From an uncultured Actinomycetes bacterium (GTDB lineage: Bacteria; Actinomycetota; UBA4738; JBBDTT01), in the NCBI GenBank assembly GCA_963742735.1, contig CAVUMN010000003.1:352001-416000 (forward strand): a stretch of 64,000 nt of DNA, in the 5' to 3' direction. Below, piece after piece: positions 1-10,447 of the stretch. The translations under genes were made by a program, and so were the position numbers. Under the pieces are notes generated by a model, which saw nothing but the letters and a program-made list of their open reading frames with translations, ran no database searches and was not told the DNA's origin. Position 1 is the first letter of the stretch, and each line of letters begins with the position of its first letter.

Positions 1-2
1 AC

Positions 3-394
3 ACCATCGTCGTCGAGGGGACCACGCCCTCGGCGCTGCGGGCAGGATCGGGGCACTACGAGAACACCGCCCTGCCGTGTGAGAAGGGCAACGCGGGTAT
101 CGCCGGGCACCGGACGACCTACTCGAAGCCCTTTGCGAACATCGACAAGCTTCGACCGGGGGACCAGATCATCCTGGAGACCCCGATCGGGAAGTGCTGG
201 TACGAGGTGGAGAAGATGCCGTGGACGACCGACCCGTTCGACTGGACCATCGTGAAGAACGTCGGTGGCGCTCGTCTGACCATGTCGGCGTGTCACCCGC
301 CGGGGAGCGCCGCCCAGCGGCTGGTCGTCCGGTCCAAGCTCGTCCGGACCCAGTTCCGCACCGAGGACGGCACGTTCGTGGACGCGGTGCAGTG

Positions 395-395
<1 letters not shown>
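3..395 (+). CDS. Sortase (class E/D-like), 5'-truncated by window edge
   Basis: Frame 3 from the window start reads ...GSGHYENTALPCEKGNAGIAGHRTTYSKPFANIDKLRPGDQI...RLTMSACHPPGSAAQRLVV, which has the sortase His (AGHRTT), Cys (LTMSAC) and Arg motifs. Confidence 0.9.
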
Positions 396-1450
<1,055 letters not shown>

Positions 1451-1497
1451 GCGGGCTCGAGCCCGGAGGTTCCTCAGGGGCGGCTAGAATGCGGCCC

Positions 1498-1926
1498 ATG
1501 CTCTCCAAGGCCGAGGTGCAGAAGCTCCTGTCCGAGGTCGGACTCTTCGCCGGCACCTCCAAGAAGGAGCTCGCCGAGATCGCCTCGGTGGCCAAGGTCG
1601 TCGACCACGCCGCCGGCGACGTCATCGCCCGGGAGGGCGAGCGTGGCCTGGGATTCTTCCTGCTCGCGGACGGCAAGGCGGAGGTCACGATCGGCGGCCA
1701 GCGCAAGGCCGTCCTGGAGCGGGGGGACTTCTTCGGAGAGGTCTCCCTGCTGGACGAGGGACCGCGGTCCGCGACGGTCACGGCCATGACTCCGGTGATC
1801 CTTCTGGGGGTCACCGCGTGGGCGTTCAAGGACCTCGTGGAGCGCCACGCCACCATCGGGCTGAAGATGCTGGAGACCGTGGCCGCTCGCGTGCGCAACG
1901 CCACGCGCGACGCCGCCACCCTCTAG
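1498..1926 (+). CDS. Stand-alone cyclic nucleotide-binding domain protein
   Basis: GDVIAREGE...GDFFGEVSLLDEGPRSATV phosphate-binding cassette, no HTH. Start ATG 1498 chosen because TAGAAT lies at 1485-1490. Confidence 0.85.
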   Translation: MLSKAEVQKLLSEVGLFAGTSKKELAEIASVAKVVDHAAGDVIAREGERGLGFFLLADGKAEVTIGGQRKAVLERGDFFGEVSLLDEGPRSATVTAMTPVILLGVTAWAFKDLVERHATIGLKMLETVAARVRNATRDAATL

Positions 1927-1932
1927 CCGCGC

Positions 1933-2940
1933 GTGCCCGAGCTCGGGATCGTCGTCGGCGGGCCGCTGCCGGGGCTGGCCGAGATGGCCCGGCGCGCCGA
2001 GGACGCCGGGTACGAGAGCCTGTGGGTGGCCGAGACGTCTCGCTCGGCCTTCAGCCAGGCCGGCGTGGCCGTCCAGGCCACGTCGAGGGCGACGGTCGGG
2101 ACGGCGATCGCACTGGCCTTCCCGAGGAGCCCGGCGATCACCGCGATGGAGTCCCGCGACCTCGACGAGCTGAGCGGCGGGCGGTTCGTGCTCGGGCTCG
2201 GCTCGCAGGTCAAGCGGGTGAACGAGCAGCGCTTCGGCGTCGCCTTCGAGCACCCGGCGCCGAAGATGCGCGAGTACGTGGAGGCGGTGCGCGCCGTCCT
2301 CGGATCGTTCGGCGGGACGCCGCCCGAGCACCGCGGCCGGTTCTACGAGATCACGATGGCTCCGTTCCCGGGAGCCACGCCGCCCGCGCGGCCGCTGCCG
2401 ATCTATCTCGCGGCCGTGAACGAGCGCATGGCCGAGGTCGCCGGCGAGGTCGCGGACGGCGTCCAGGGGCACCCGATGACCTCGCCCCGGTGGGTCCAGG
2501 AGGTCATCCGCCCGGCGATCGCCCGGGGTGCCGCCCGTGCCGGGCGGGATCCGGCCGAGGTGAGCGTGACCACCAACGTGATCCTGCAGGTCACCGACGA
2601 TCCCGAGGTGGCCCGGCGGGAGGCGGCGGGCCAGCTCGCGTTCTACGCGACCACCCGGACGTACGCCCCCGTTCTGGAGATGCACGGGTTCGGGGACCTG
2701 ACCGACCCGATCCGGGAGGCGTTCGGGCGGGGAGACCTCGGGGCGATGGTCGACCTCGCCCTTCCGATGGTGGAGACGCTCGCTGTGGCGGGCGACGTCC
2801 GGATGTGCCGGGAGCGGCTCGAGGCCTTCGACGGGATCGCCGATCGCATCGTCCTCGGCGGGGCTTGGGTCGGCACCGACCCGTCCCGCGTGATCGAGAA
2901 CTACCGGGTCATCCTGGAGGCGTTCGGGCCGGCCGCCTGA
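1933..2940 (+). CDS. LLM-class (luciferase-like) oxidoreductase, probably F420-dependent
   Basis: AEDAGYESLWVAE, GTAIALAFPRSP, DELSGGRFVLGLGSQ, PIYLAAV motifs. Confidence 0.85.
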   Translation: MPELGIVVGGPLPGLAEMARRAEDAGYESLWVAETSRSAFSQAGVAVQATSRATVGTAIALAFPRSPAITAMESRDLDELSGGRFVLGLGSQVKRVNEQRFGVAFEHPAPKMREYVEAVRAVLGSFGGTPPEHRGRFYEITMAPFPGATPPARPLPIYLAAVNERMAEVAGEVADGVQGHPMTSPRWVQEVIRPAIARGAARAGRDPAEVSVTTNVILQVTDDPEVARREAAGQLAFYATTRTYAPVLEMHGFGDLTDPIREAFGRGDLGAMVDLALPMVETLAVAGDVRMCRERLEAFDGIADRIVLGGAWVGTDPSRVIENYRVILEAFGPAA

Positions 2941-3848
2941 TGGGCGAGGCCGACGCTCGCCGTCTGGCCGAGGAGCGTGCCGGGAGGCGCGCGGCCGGGG
3001 ATTACGCCGCGGCCGACGCCCTTCGCGAACGGATCGAGGCACTCGGGTTCCACGTCGCCGATACGGCCGAGGGCTTCACCCTGGTGCCGATCGAGACGGA
3101 GCCGGCCGAGCGGGTTCGGCTCCGCCCCGAGGACGTGGGGTCGGCTCTTGACGCGCCCCCGGACGTGGACGTGAGCATCCACTGGCTCGCGGAGGGCTGG
3201 CCCGAGGACGTCCTGCGAGGGATCGCCTCCTTCGATGCCCAACGGGGAGGGCGGCGGGTCCAGCACGTCGTGGTCGAGGCGGTGCCCGCCGACGAGGGCT
3301 GGCCGGAGGGGTGCGAAGTCCTCCCGATGCGGGAGGGGCTCGGGTGGGCGCGGTGTCGCAACGCCGGCCTCGCCCGCTCCCGAGGCGCCCTGGTGTTCGT
3401 CGTCGACGGCTCTACCCAGGCCACGGGGGACGTCTTCGATCCTCTCGAGGCCGCGCTCGCCGACCCGTCGGTGGGGATCGCCGGGCCCGTGGGGGCGGTC
3501 ACCGACGAGCAGCTCCACGAGTTCGTGCCCGCGACGGAACCGGAGTGCGATGCGATCGAGGGCTACCTGATGGCGTTTCGCCGGGAGGTGCTGACGCGCG
3601 GGGTTCGGTTCGACGACCGGTTCCGGTTCTATCGATCGGCCGACCTGGACTTCTCGTTCTCCGTCAAGGACCTCGGGCTGCGTGCCCTGATGGTCGAGGT
3701 GCCGATCGAACGGCACGAGCACCGGACATGGTGGACGACGGAGCCCGCCCGGCGGGCGCAGCTGTCCAAGCGCAACTACTACCGGTTCCTGGACCGTTGG
3801 CGGGGCCGTTCGGACCTGACCGTCAGCGGTCGGGGTTCGTCCGGGTGA
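2940..3848 (+). CDS. GT2-like glycosyltransferase with N-terminal CysRS anticodon-binding-like helical domain
   Basis: ATG 2940 overlaps the LLM stop. N-term ERAGRRAAGDYAAADALRERIEALGFHVADTAEG; C-term GWARCRNAGLARSRG..FVVDGS, DAIEGYLMAFRR, FDDRFRFYRSADLDFS. Confidence 0.75.
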   Translation: MGEADARRLAEERAGRRAAGDYAAADALRERIEALGFHVADTAEGFTLVPIETEPAERVRLRPEDVGSALDAPPDVDVSIHWLAEGWPEDVLRGIASFDAQRGGRRVQHVVVEAVPADEGWPEGCEVLPMREGLGWARCRNAGLARSRGALVFVVDGSTQATGDVFDPLEAALADPSVGIAGPVGAVTDEQLHEFVPATEPECDAIEGYLMAFRREVLTRGVRFDDRFRFYRSADLDFSFSVKDLGLRALMVEVPIERHEHRTWWTTEPARRAQLSKRNYYRFLDRWRGRSDLTVSGRGSSG

Positions 3849-5886
3849 CGCCCTCCTCGACGTCGACCGAGCCGGGCGGAGGCGGAAGGGAGACCTCCAG
3901 GGCCTCCCGCTTGGCCGCATCCGCGGCGGCCTCGGCGGCGGCGGCGCCCTGGGCGCGCTCCTCGAGGAGCTTGTCGACCTCGTCCTCGGAGGGGATCTCC
4001 GTCTCGCCGTCGATGAAGGCCTTGAGCTCCTCCCCCTCCATCACTTCCTTGGCCATGAGCAGCTTGGACAGGCGGGCGAGCATCTCGCTGCGCTCCTGCA
4101 GGATGGTCCGCGCGCGGCCGTGGGCCTCTTCGACCAGCCGGCTCACCTCGGCGTCGACTTTGCGCTGCATCTCCTCGGACATCTCGGGCCGGTCGTAGCC
4201 GAACAGGGGACGGCCGTCGGCGTTCCGGAACCCGTCCGAGGCGAACGACAGCGCGCCGATCACCTCGCTCATGCCGTACTCCACGATCATGGCCCGCGCG
4301 ATCTGGGTCGCGCGCATCAGGTCGTCCTGGGCGCCGGTGGAGATCTGCTTGAACGAGATCTCCTCCGCCGTCCGCCCGCCGAGTAGGATGGCCAGCCGGT
4401 CCTTCAGCTCGGGCTCGGTCAGGATGTAGCGGTCCTCGATCGGACGCTGCATGGTCATCCCGAGCGCGGCGGCCCCGCGGGGGATGATCGACACGCGGTG
4501 CAGGGGGTCGGCGGTGGGGACCGCGAGGGCCACCAGGGCGTGTCCCATCTCGTGGTGGGCGACGATCTCTCGCTGCTTCGGCGAGATGACGCGGCTCTTG
4601 CGCTCGAGCCCCCCGACCACGCGGTCGATGGCCTCCTCGAGCTCGGCCATCGTCACCGAGTTCTTCTCGCGGCGGGCGGCGAGCAGGGCCGCCTCGTTCA
4701 CCACGTTCGCCAGGTCCGCGCCGGTGAACCCGGGCGTCCGCGACGCGATGACGGAGAGGTCGACCTTGGGGTCGATCGCCACGCCGCGCGCATGGACCTC
4801 GAGGATCGCGGTGCGGCCACGGAGGTCGGGTCGGTCCACGATGACCTGCCGGTCGAACCGTCCGGGGCGCAGCAGCGCCGGGTCGAGCACGTCCCCTCGG
4901 TTCGTGGCGGCCATGATGATGACGCCCTTGCTGGTGTCGAAGCCGTCCATCTCGACGAGCAGCTGGTTGAGGGTCTGCTCGCGCTCGTCGTGCCCGCCCA
5001 GGGATCCCCCGAGGGCGCCGGCCCGGGTCTTGCCGATCGTGTCGAGCTCGTCGAGGAATACCAGGCACGGGGCCTTCTCCTTGGCCTGCTGGAACAGCTC
5101 GCGGACGCGAGCCGCCCCCAGGCCAACGAACATCTCCACGAACTCAGAGCCGGACATGTAGAAGAACGGCACCTTGGCCTCGCCGGCCACGGCCCGGGCC
5201 AGCAGGGTCTTGCCGCAGCCGGGCGGGCCGAGCAGCAGGACCCCCTTGGGGATCCGGCCGCCGAGGCGCTGGTACTTCTTGGGGTTCTTCAGGAAGTCCA
5301 CGATCTCGTGGAGCTCCTGGACCGCCTCGTCGACGCCCGCCACGTCCGAGAACGTCGTCTTCAGATCCTTGCGGTCGTAGATCTTGACCTTGTTGCGGCC
5401 CAGGTTGAGCGCGCCGGCGCCGGCACCGCCCATGGTTCGCCGGATGAAGAAGATGTAGAAGCCGATGATCAGGATGAAGGGCAGGATGTAGCCGAGCACC
5501 GTGCCCAGCAGGCCCGGCTGCACGCCCTTGACGCTGATGCCCTTCTCGGCCAGGTCGGTGGTGAGCCGCGTGGGGTCGTAGTTCGGGGGGATCGTGGCGG
5601 CGATCCGGCGCTCGCCCCCGTTCTCGAGCTCCTCGACGGCCACGATGTCGGAGGTCCCGATCTCGACGTCGCTGACCTTGCCGGCCTCCGCCAGCCTCAG
5701 GAACTCGCTGAACCCCACCTGCCGGGTCGTGGCCCGAAGCGGGTTGAGCAGCAGGACCAGCAGCAGGAGGGCGATGACCACGTAGCCGACGGAGAAGCGC
5801 ATGCGGCTCTTGCCCGGCCCGCCCTGCGAGCCCTGGCTCCCGCCCCCGAGGTCGAAGGGGAATCGGTTCTTCCGGTCATCAGGCAT
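3823..5886 (-). CDS. ftsH: ATP-dependent zinc metalloprotease FtsH
   Basis: Two N-terminal TMs, GPPGCGKT Walker [22 protein letters not shown] zinc motif. Confidence 0.97.
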   Translation of the reverse strand: MPDDRKNRFPFDLGGGSQGSQGGPGKSRMRFSVGYVVIALLLLVLLLNPLRATTRQVGFSEFLRLAEAGKVSDVEIGTSDIVAVEELENGGERRIAATIPPNYDPTRLTTDLAEKGISVKGVQPGLLGTVLGYILPFILIIGFYIFFIRRTMGGAGAGALNLGRNKVKIYDRKDLKTTFSDVAGVDEAVQELHEIVDFLKNPKKYQRLGGRIPKGVLLLGPPGCGKTLLARAVAGEAKVPFFYMSGSEFVEMFVGLGAARVRELFQQAKEKAPCLVFLDELDTIGKTRAGALGGSLGGHDEREQTLNQLLVEMDGFDTSKGVIIMAATNRGDVLDPALLRPGRFDRQVIVDRPDLRGRTAILEVHARGVAIDPKVDLSVIASRTPGFTGADLANVVNEAALLAARREKNSVTMAELEEAIDRVVGGLERKSRVISPKQREIVAHHEMGHALVALAVPTADPLHRVSIIPRGAAALGMTMQRPIEDRYILTEPELKDRLAILLGGRTAEEISFKQISTGAQDDLMRATQIARAMIVEYGMSEVIGALSFASDGFRNADGRPLFGYDRPEMSEEMQRKVDAEVSRLVEEAHGRARTILQERSEMLARLSKLLMAKEVMEGEELKAFIDGETEIPSEDEVDKLLEERAQGAAAAEAAADAAKREALEVSLPPPPGSVDVEEGVTRTNPDR

Positions 5887-5940
5887 GGCCTACATCTTCC
5901 CACCCGGTCGCCCATTAGGACATGGCGGTATCGTGGCCGG

Positions 5941-6522
5941 GTGAGTGACGCCCAGCCGGTCGAGGACGCTGATCTCCGGCAATCGTTCGAGGCGGAGGCC
6001 CTGCCCCTGCTGCCCGGCCTCTATCGCGCGGCCCTGCGCCTGACCCGGAACCCCACCGACGCCGAGGATCTCGTGCAGGAGGCCTACCTTCGCGCGTACC
6101 GGGGATTCCACCAGTTCACACCCGGGACCAACCTGAAAGCGTGGCTCTATCGGATCCTCACCAACCAGTTCATCAACACCTACCGCAAGAAGCAGCGCGA
6201 GCCGCAGACCGTCCCCGACGAGGAGGTCGAGGACTGGTACCTGTACAACCGGCTGGCCCGCGAGGCTCCCGATTCCTCGGCGGAGGCGGTGGTGCTGGAG
6301 TCCATGCCGGACGAGGACGTCCGGGCCGCCCTGGAGGCGCTTCCCGAGACGTATCGGGCGGCCGTTCTGCTCGCGGACGTCGAGGGGTTCTCCTACAAGG
6401 AGATCGCGGAGATCCTCGAGATTCCGATGGGCACCGTGATGTCGCGACTGCATCGCGGAAGGAAAGCGCTGGAGAAGGCGTTGTGGGAGAAGGTACGGGA
6501 GAGGGGCCTTGTCAGGGATTGA
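5941..6522 (+). CDS. sigH: ECF sigma factor, SigH/SigR family
   Basis: [67 protein letters not shown]; GTG start 5941; ZAS anti-sigma follows. Confidence 0.9.
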   Translation: MSDAQPVEDADLRQSFEAEALPLLPGLYRAALRLTRNPTDAEDLVQEAYLRAYRGFHQFTPGTNLKAWLYRILTNQFINTYRKKQREPQTVPDEEVEDWYLYNRLAREAPDSSAEAVVLESMPDEDVRAALEALPETYRAAVLLADVEGFSYKEIAEILEIPMGTVMSRLHRGRKALEKALWEKVRERGLVRD

Positions 6523-6745
6523 CTGCGAAGCCGTGCTGCGCCAGGTGGAGCTCTACCTCGATGGTGAGCTCGAGACCGTGGCCTACAGCGAGCTCGAAGT
6601 GCACCTCACCGGGTGCTCTTCCTGCATGCACCGCGTGGAGTTCCGCAGCGCGCTGCGCCGGATCGTGAAGGCCAAGTGCGCCTCCGACCCGGTACCCGGA
6701 GACCTCATGCAGCGGATCCGCTCGTCTCTGTGGGACCAGGACTGA
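6509..6745 (+). CDS. rshA: Zinc-binding anti-sigma factor, RshA/RsrA family
   Basis: [20 protein letters not shown] (HxxxCxxC); overlaps the sigH end. Confidence 0.9.
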   Translation: MSGIDCEAVLRQVELYLDGELETVAYSELEVHLTGCSSCMHRVEFRSALRRIVKAKCASDPVPGDLMQRIRSSLWDQD

Positions 6746-6814
6746 ACCCGGCCTTCCGGCGCGCCGAATACCCGAGCAAGGAGACGGCCGCTCCCCCCGA
6801 CGCGGCCCATCGCC

Positions 6815-7003
6815 ATGAAGGGAACCCGACCCGGCCATCACCCGCAGCCCTCCAAGCGGGCCGAGCGCGCCTCCCGGGCGTGCGAGGAGCCCGGATGCGA
6901 CACGCGCCTGTCGGCATACAACCTCGGAACCCACTGCTGGCAGCACACCGAGCTGACCTTCCCGAACTACCGCGGCAAGCGCCTGGCCGACGGTCGGGCT
7001 TGA
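6815..7003 (+). CDS. Small basic protein with Cys3-His putative zinc finger
   Basis: 62 aa, RACEEPGCDTRLSAYNLGTHCWQH; fills the intergenic gap with typical codon usage. Confidence 0.65.
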   Translation: MKGTRPGHHPQPSKRAERASRACEEPGCDTRLSAYNLGTHCWQHTELTFPNYRGKRLADGRA

Positions 7004-7147
7004 CCGGTTCCGGTTCTCTGCCCGTCATTCGCTGATAGGCTCGTTCGCAGGGTTCGGCCCGGGTAACCCCTGAGGGAGCCGTTTCCGGTTCGCCGTGGGG
7101 TTGTGAAACAATGCAACCACCTATCCGGGTCCCCCAAGGAGCCGAAA

Positions 7148-7345
7148 ATGGCCCAGAAACGAGCCCCCGCCCCGAAGTACCTCAAGACCGCCGAGGTCGC
7201 GGAGATCCTGCACGTCTCCCCGAAGACCGTCACGCGGTGGGCCAAGGACGGGAAGCTGCCACACTCGCGGACGCTCGGCGGCCATCGCCGGTTTCCGAGC
7301 GAGCGCATCCAAGAGCTGGCCGACGAGCTGATCGAGTCCGTCTAG
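7148..7345 (+). CDS. bldC: BldC-family MerR-like winged HTH DNA-binding protein
   Basis: YLKTAEVAEILHVSPKTVTRWAKDGKLPHSRTLGGHRRF matches the BldC signature; SD AAGGAG upstream of ATG 7148. Confidence 0.85.
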   Translation: MAQKRAPAPKYLKTAEVAEILHVSPKTVTRWAKDGKLPHSRTLGGHRRFPSERIQELADELIESV

Positions 7346-7397
7346 CCCGCATCGGCGCCTCTGACCTCCCCGCGGTGGCCGGGGTATCTTCCTGCCC

Positions 7398-8714
7398 GTG
7401 TTCGGCAAGGTCCTGGTCGCCAACCGCGGTGAGATCGCCTGCCGCGTGCTCCGCACCCTCCACCGGCTCGGGGTAGCCGGCGTCGGCGTGTACTCCGACG
7501 CCGACGCCCAGGCCAAGCACGTTCGCGAGGCCGCCGAGTCGGTGCGGATCGGCGAGCCTCCGGCCACGGTGTCCTATCTGAACCCCGCCGCGATCGTGGA
7601 TGCGGCCCTGGCGAGCGGCGCGGAGGCCATCCATCCCGGCTACGGATTCCTCTCCGAGAACGCGATGTTCGCTCGGGCGGTGGCCGACGCCGGGCTGGTG
7701 TTCATCGGCCCGCCCCCCGAGGTGCTCGAGCTCTCCGGCGACAAGGTGGCCGCCCGCAAGGCGTTCGACGCGGCGGGGTTCCCGGTGCTTCCCGGAGGTG
7801 GGCCGTACGAGACCCCGGAGGAGGCGCTGGCCGCGTCCGCGGAGGTCGGCTTCCCGATCATGGTGAAGGCGACGTCGGGCGGCGGCGGGATCGGCATGGG
7901 CATCGCCGAGGACGAGACGGAGCTCGTCAAGCAGGTCGAGACGGCCTCCACCCGGGGGGAGCGGTTCTTCTCCGACGCCTCCGTCTACCTGGAGCGGTAC
8001 GTGCCGGGAGGCCGGCACATCGAGGTGCAGATCTTGGCCGACGACGCCCGGACGCTGCACCTGTACGAGCGCGAGTGCTCGGTCCAGCGGCGGCACCAGA
8101 AGGTGGTGGAGGAGTCGCCGTCGCCGGCGCTCGACGAGCCGCTGCGCGAGGAGATCTGCCGGGCCGCGGTGGCCGCGATGGAGTCGATCGGGTATCGCGG
8201 CGCCGGAACCGTCGAGTGCATCCTGACGCGCGACCGCGAGTTCTTCTTCCTGGAGGTCAACGCGCGACTGCAGGTCGAGCACCCCGTCACCGAGATGCTC
8301 ACGGGGCTCGACCTGGTCGAGGAGCAGCTGCGGATCGCCGCCGGCGAGGGCATGTCGATCGAGGACACTCCGTCGAAGAGCGGGCACGCGATCGAGTTCC
8401 GCCTCTACGCGGAGGATCCCCGAACCTTCCTGCCCGCCCCGGGCCGCGTCGAACGGCTCGTCCTGCCCGAGGACCCCGGGCGATGGCGGTACGACTTCGG
8501 GTACGACGAGGGGGACGAGGTGCCGATGTTCTACGACCCGCTGATCGGCAAGATCATCGTGCACGGCGACGAGCGGACCGATTCGTTGGACGGTACGCCG
8601 CTGGACCTCGTGGAGATCGAGGGCCTGAAGACCAACCTTCCCGCGCTGCGGACCGTCCTCGCCGGAGAGCGGTTCCGGTCGGGGGAGTACGACACCGGGT
8701 TGCTGGGACGATGA
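7398..8714 (+). CDS. Biotin carboxylase subunit (stand-alone, no BCCP domain)
   Basis: KVLVANRGEIA, HPGYGFLSEN, GGGGIG, ERECSVQRRHQK, FLEVNARLQVEHPVTE. Confidence 0.95.
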   Translation: MFGKVLVANRGEIACRVLRTLHRLGVAGVGVYSDADAQAKHVREAAESVRIGEPPATVSYLNPAAIVDAALASGAEAIHPGYGFLSENAMFARAVADAGLVFIGPPPEVLELSGDKVAARKAFDAAGFPVLPGGGPYETPEEALAASAEVGFPIMVKATSGGGGIGMGIAEDETELVKQVETASTRGERFFSDASVYLERYVPGGRHIEVQILADDARTLHLYERECSVQRRHQKVVEESPSPALDEPLREEICRAAVAAMESIGYRGAGTVECILTRDREFFFLEVNARLQVEHPVTEMLTGLDLVEEQLRIAAGEGMSIEDTPSKSGHAIEFRLYAEDPRTFLPAPGRVERLVLPEDPGRWRYDFGYDEGDEVPMFYDPLIGKIIVHGDERTDSLDGTPLDLVEIEGLKTNLPALRTVLAGERFRSGEYDTGLLGR

Positions 8715-9493
8715 GCGACGACGTCGTCCTCTACGAGGTGCGTGGGGCGTCGGCGTGGGTCACGATCAACCGGCCGGAGTCCCGCAACGCCCTGAACCCG
8801 GACGTCATGTCCGGACTGGCCGACGCGGTGGAGCGTGCCGGGGCCGACGAGTCGCTGCGGGCGGTGGTGCTCACCGGGGCGGGTGACCGAGCCTTCTCAG
8901 CAGGCGGCGATCTCGGGGGGTTCGCGCCGGATACCTCGAAGGTGGCCCAGCACGGCGCCCGCGGGGCGATGGCTCGGTTGCTCGAGGCGCTGCAGGACTG
9001 TCCCCTCCCGGTGATCGCCCGGGTGCGGGGCCGGTGCCTGGCCGGGGGGTTCGGCCTGGCGCTGGGCTGTGACCTGATCGTCGCCGCGGACGACGCCGAG
9101 TTCGGCACGCCGGAGATCGACATCGGGCTGTGGCCGTACATGATCACCGCGGTCATCCAGCGGAACATGCCTCGGAAGGTGGCCCTCGACCTCATGCTGA
9201 CCGGGCGCCGGATGGACGCCGCCGAGGCGGCGAGGTGGGGGATCGTGAACCGGGTCGTTCCGTCCGATGGTCTGGACGGCGCGGTGGACGAGCTGGTCGC
9301 CGTGCTGGCCGGCAAGAGCCCGCTCATCCTCCGGCTCGGGAAGGGCTCGTTCTACCGCGCCCAGGACATGACCTTCTCCGACGCCCTCGCGTTCCTCCAC
9401 TCGATGCTCACGGTCAACCTCGAGGCCGAAGACGTCGTCGAGGGAATCACCGCGTTCATGCAGAAGCGTCCCCCCGACTGGAAGGGTCGCTAG
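8711..9493 (+). CDS. Enoyl-CoA hydratase/isomerase (crotonase) family
   Basis: INRPESRNAL, AFSAGGDL, LAGGFGLALGCD, FGTPE, EGITAFMQKRPPDW; ATGA overlap. Confidence 0.93.
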   Translation: MSDDVVLYEVRGASAWVTINRPESRNALNPDVMSGLADAVERAGADESLRAVVLTGAGDRAFSAGGDLGGFAPDTSKVAQHGARGAMARLLEALQDCPLPVIARVRGRCLAGGFGLALGCDLIVAADDAEFGTPEIDIGLWPYMITAVIQRNMPRKVALDLMLTGRRMDAAEAARWGIVNRVVPSDGLDGAVDELVAVLAGKSPLILRLGKGSFYRAQDMTFSDALAFLHSMLTVNLEAEDVVEGITAFMQKRPPDWKGR

Positions 9494-9585
9494 GACCACC
9501 CGAGCGGGCTCTTGACCGGCCGGCCTCGGCCTGATATTCCACATCGCATTTCGCCGGCCGGCCCGATCGAGCAGGGAGGCGCCTC

Positions 9586-10350
9586 ATGGCCACGGTCATC
9601 GACAACGTCAAGCGCGCGAAGAAGGGGCTTCCCGAGAAGGGGCAGCTCGTGATCGACAACGGCGTCGTCGAATGGCGAGGCGAGAAGGACGGGATCAAGA
9701 CGCTGAGCGACGTCAAGGGCGTCGGGGTCTCGCTGAGCGCGCCCGGGGCCGTCGTCATCACCTATGGGGATCCCCAGCAGCAGGAGCAGTTCATCGACTT
9801 CAGGCGCGGGGCGCTGAAGACCCAGGGCCAGGCGAAGGTGCTCGAGCAGGACATCCGCGATGCTCTCGGACTGACGGCGGCATCGGCGGTGCCGTCCGAC
9901 CCCGTGGCGGCCGGCAACTTCCAGCGGATGGCGGCCCAGGCCGAGAAGTCGGCGGGAGCCAAGGGGATGATCTTCGGGGCGATCGCGCTCGCCGTCGGGA
10001 TCGGGATCACCGTCGTCACCTACGGGAACGCGTCCAGCAGCCCCTCCGGCGGCAGGTACATCGTCGCGTGGGGGCCGATGCTGTTCGGGTTCATCGCGTT
10101 CGTGCAAGGGTTGTTCCGCTTCGTGAAGGGCAACGGCCAGCTCGCCAGGGCCGGCATGGCGCCGGCCGCGCAGACCGCGCCGCCCCCCACGGGGCCGCCG
10201 GTCGCCCCGCCCCCACCGGCCGCGCCGGCTCCCGCCGACGCCGCGCCCGCGTATCCGCCTCAGGCCGCTCCGCCCCCGCCCCCGCCGATGTCGACGCCGG
10301 TGATCCTGCCGCCGCCCTCCGCGCCGCCCCCTCCGCCACCCGCGCCCTGA
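9586..10350 (+). CDS. Hypothetical membrane protein, two TMs and Pro-rich C-terminal tail
   Basis: SD GGAGG; TM segments flanking GGRYIVAWGPMLFG; poly-Pro tail. Confidence 0.75.
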   Translation: MATVIDNVKRAKKGLPEKGQLVIDNGVVEWRGEKDGIKTLSDVKGVGVSLSAPGAVVITYGDPQQQEQFIDFRRGALKTQGQAKVLEQDIRDALGLTAASAVPSDPVAAGNFQRMAAQAEKSAGAKGMIFGAIALAVGIGITVVTYGNASSSPSGGRYIVAWGPMLFGFIAFVQGLFRFVKGNGQLARAGMAPAAQTAPPPTGPPVAPPPPAAPAPADAAPAYPPQAAPPPPPPMSTPVILPPPSAPPPPPPAP

Positions 10351-10447
10351 GGCGTGCCGGCGGGGGGCCGGGCTACAGTAGGCGCGAGCGGGCCCCGGAA
10401 AGCATCGGGGGTTGAGCCTCCGGCGACGGGCCCCGAGGAGGTGAACG

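Noticed and set aside
6746-6814. Ribosomal protein bL37-like micro-ORF after rshA, as recalled for mycobacteria
   Set aside because: An AAGGAG is present, but no start codon or Lys/Arg-rich peptide follows it.
7148-7345. Excisionase indicating a prophage or ICE
   Set aside because: The sequence matches the BldC signature and there are no mobile genes nearby.
10180-10350. C-rich and G-rich repetitive tracts (also 1103-1165) as non-coding repeats
   Set aside because: They are explained by poly-Pro and poly-Gly coding sequence.
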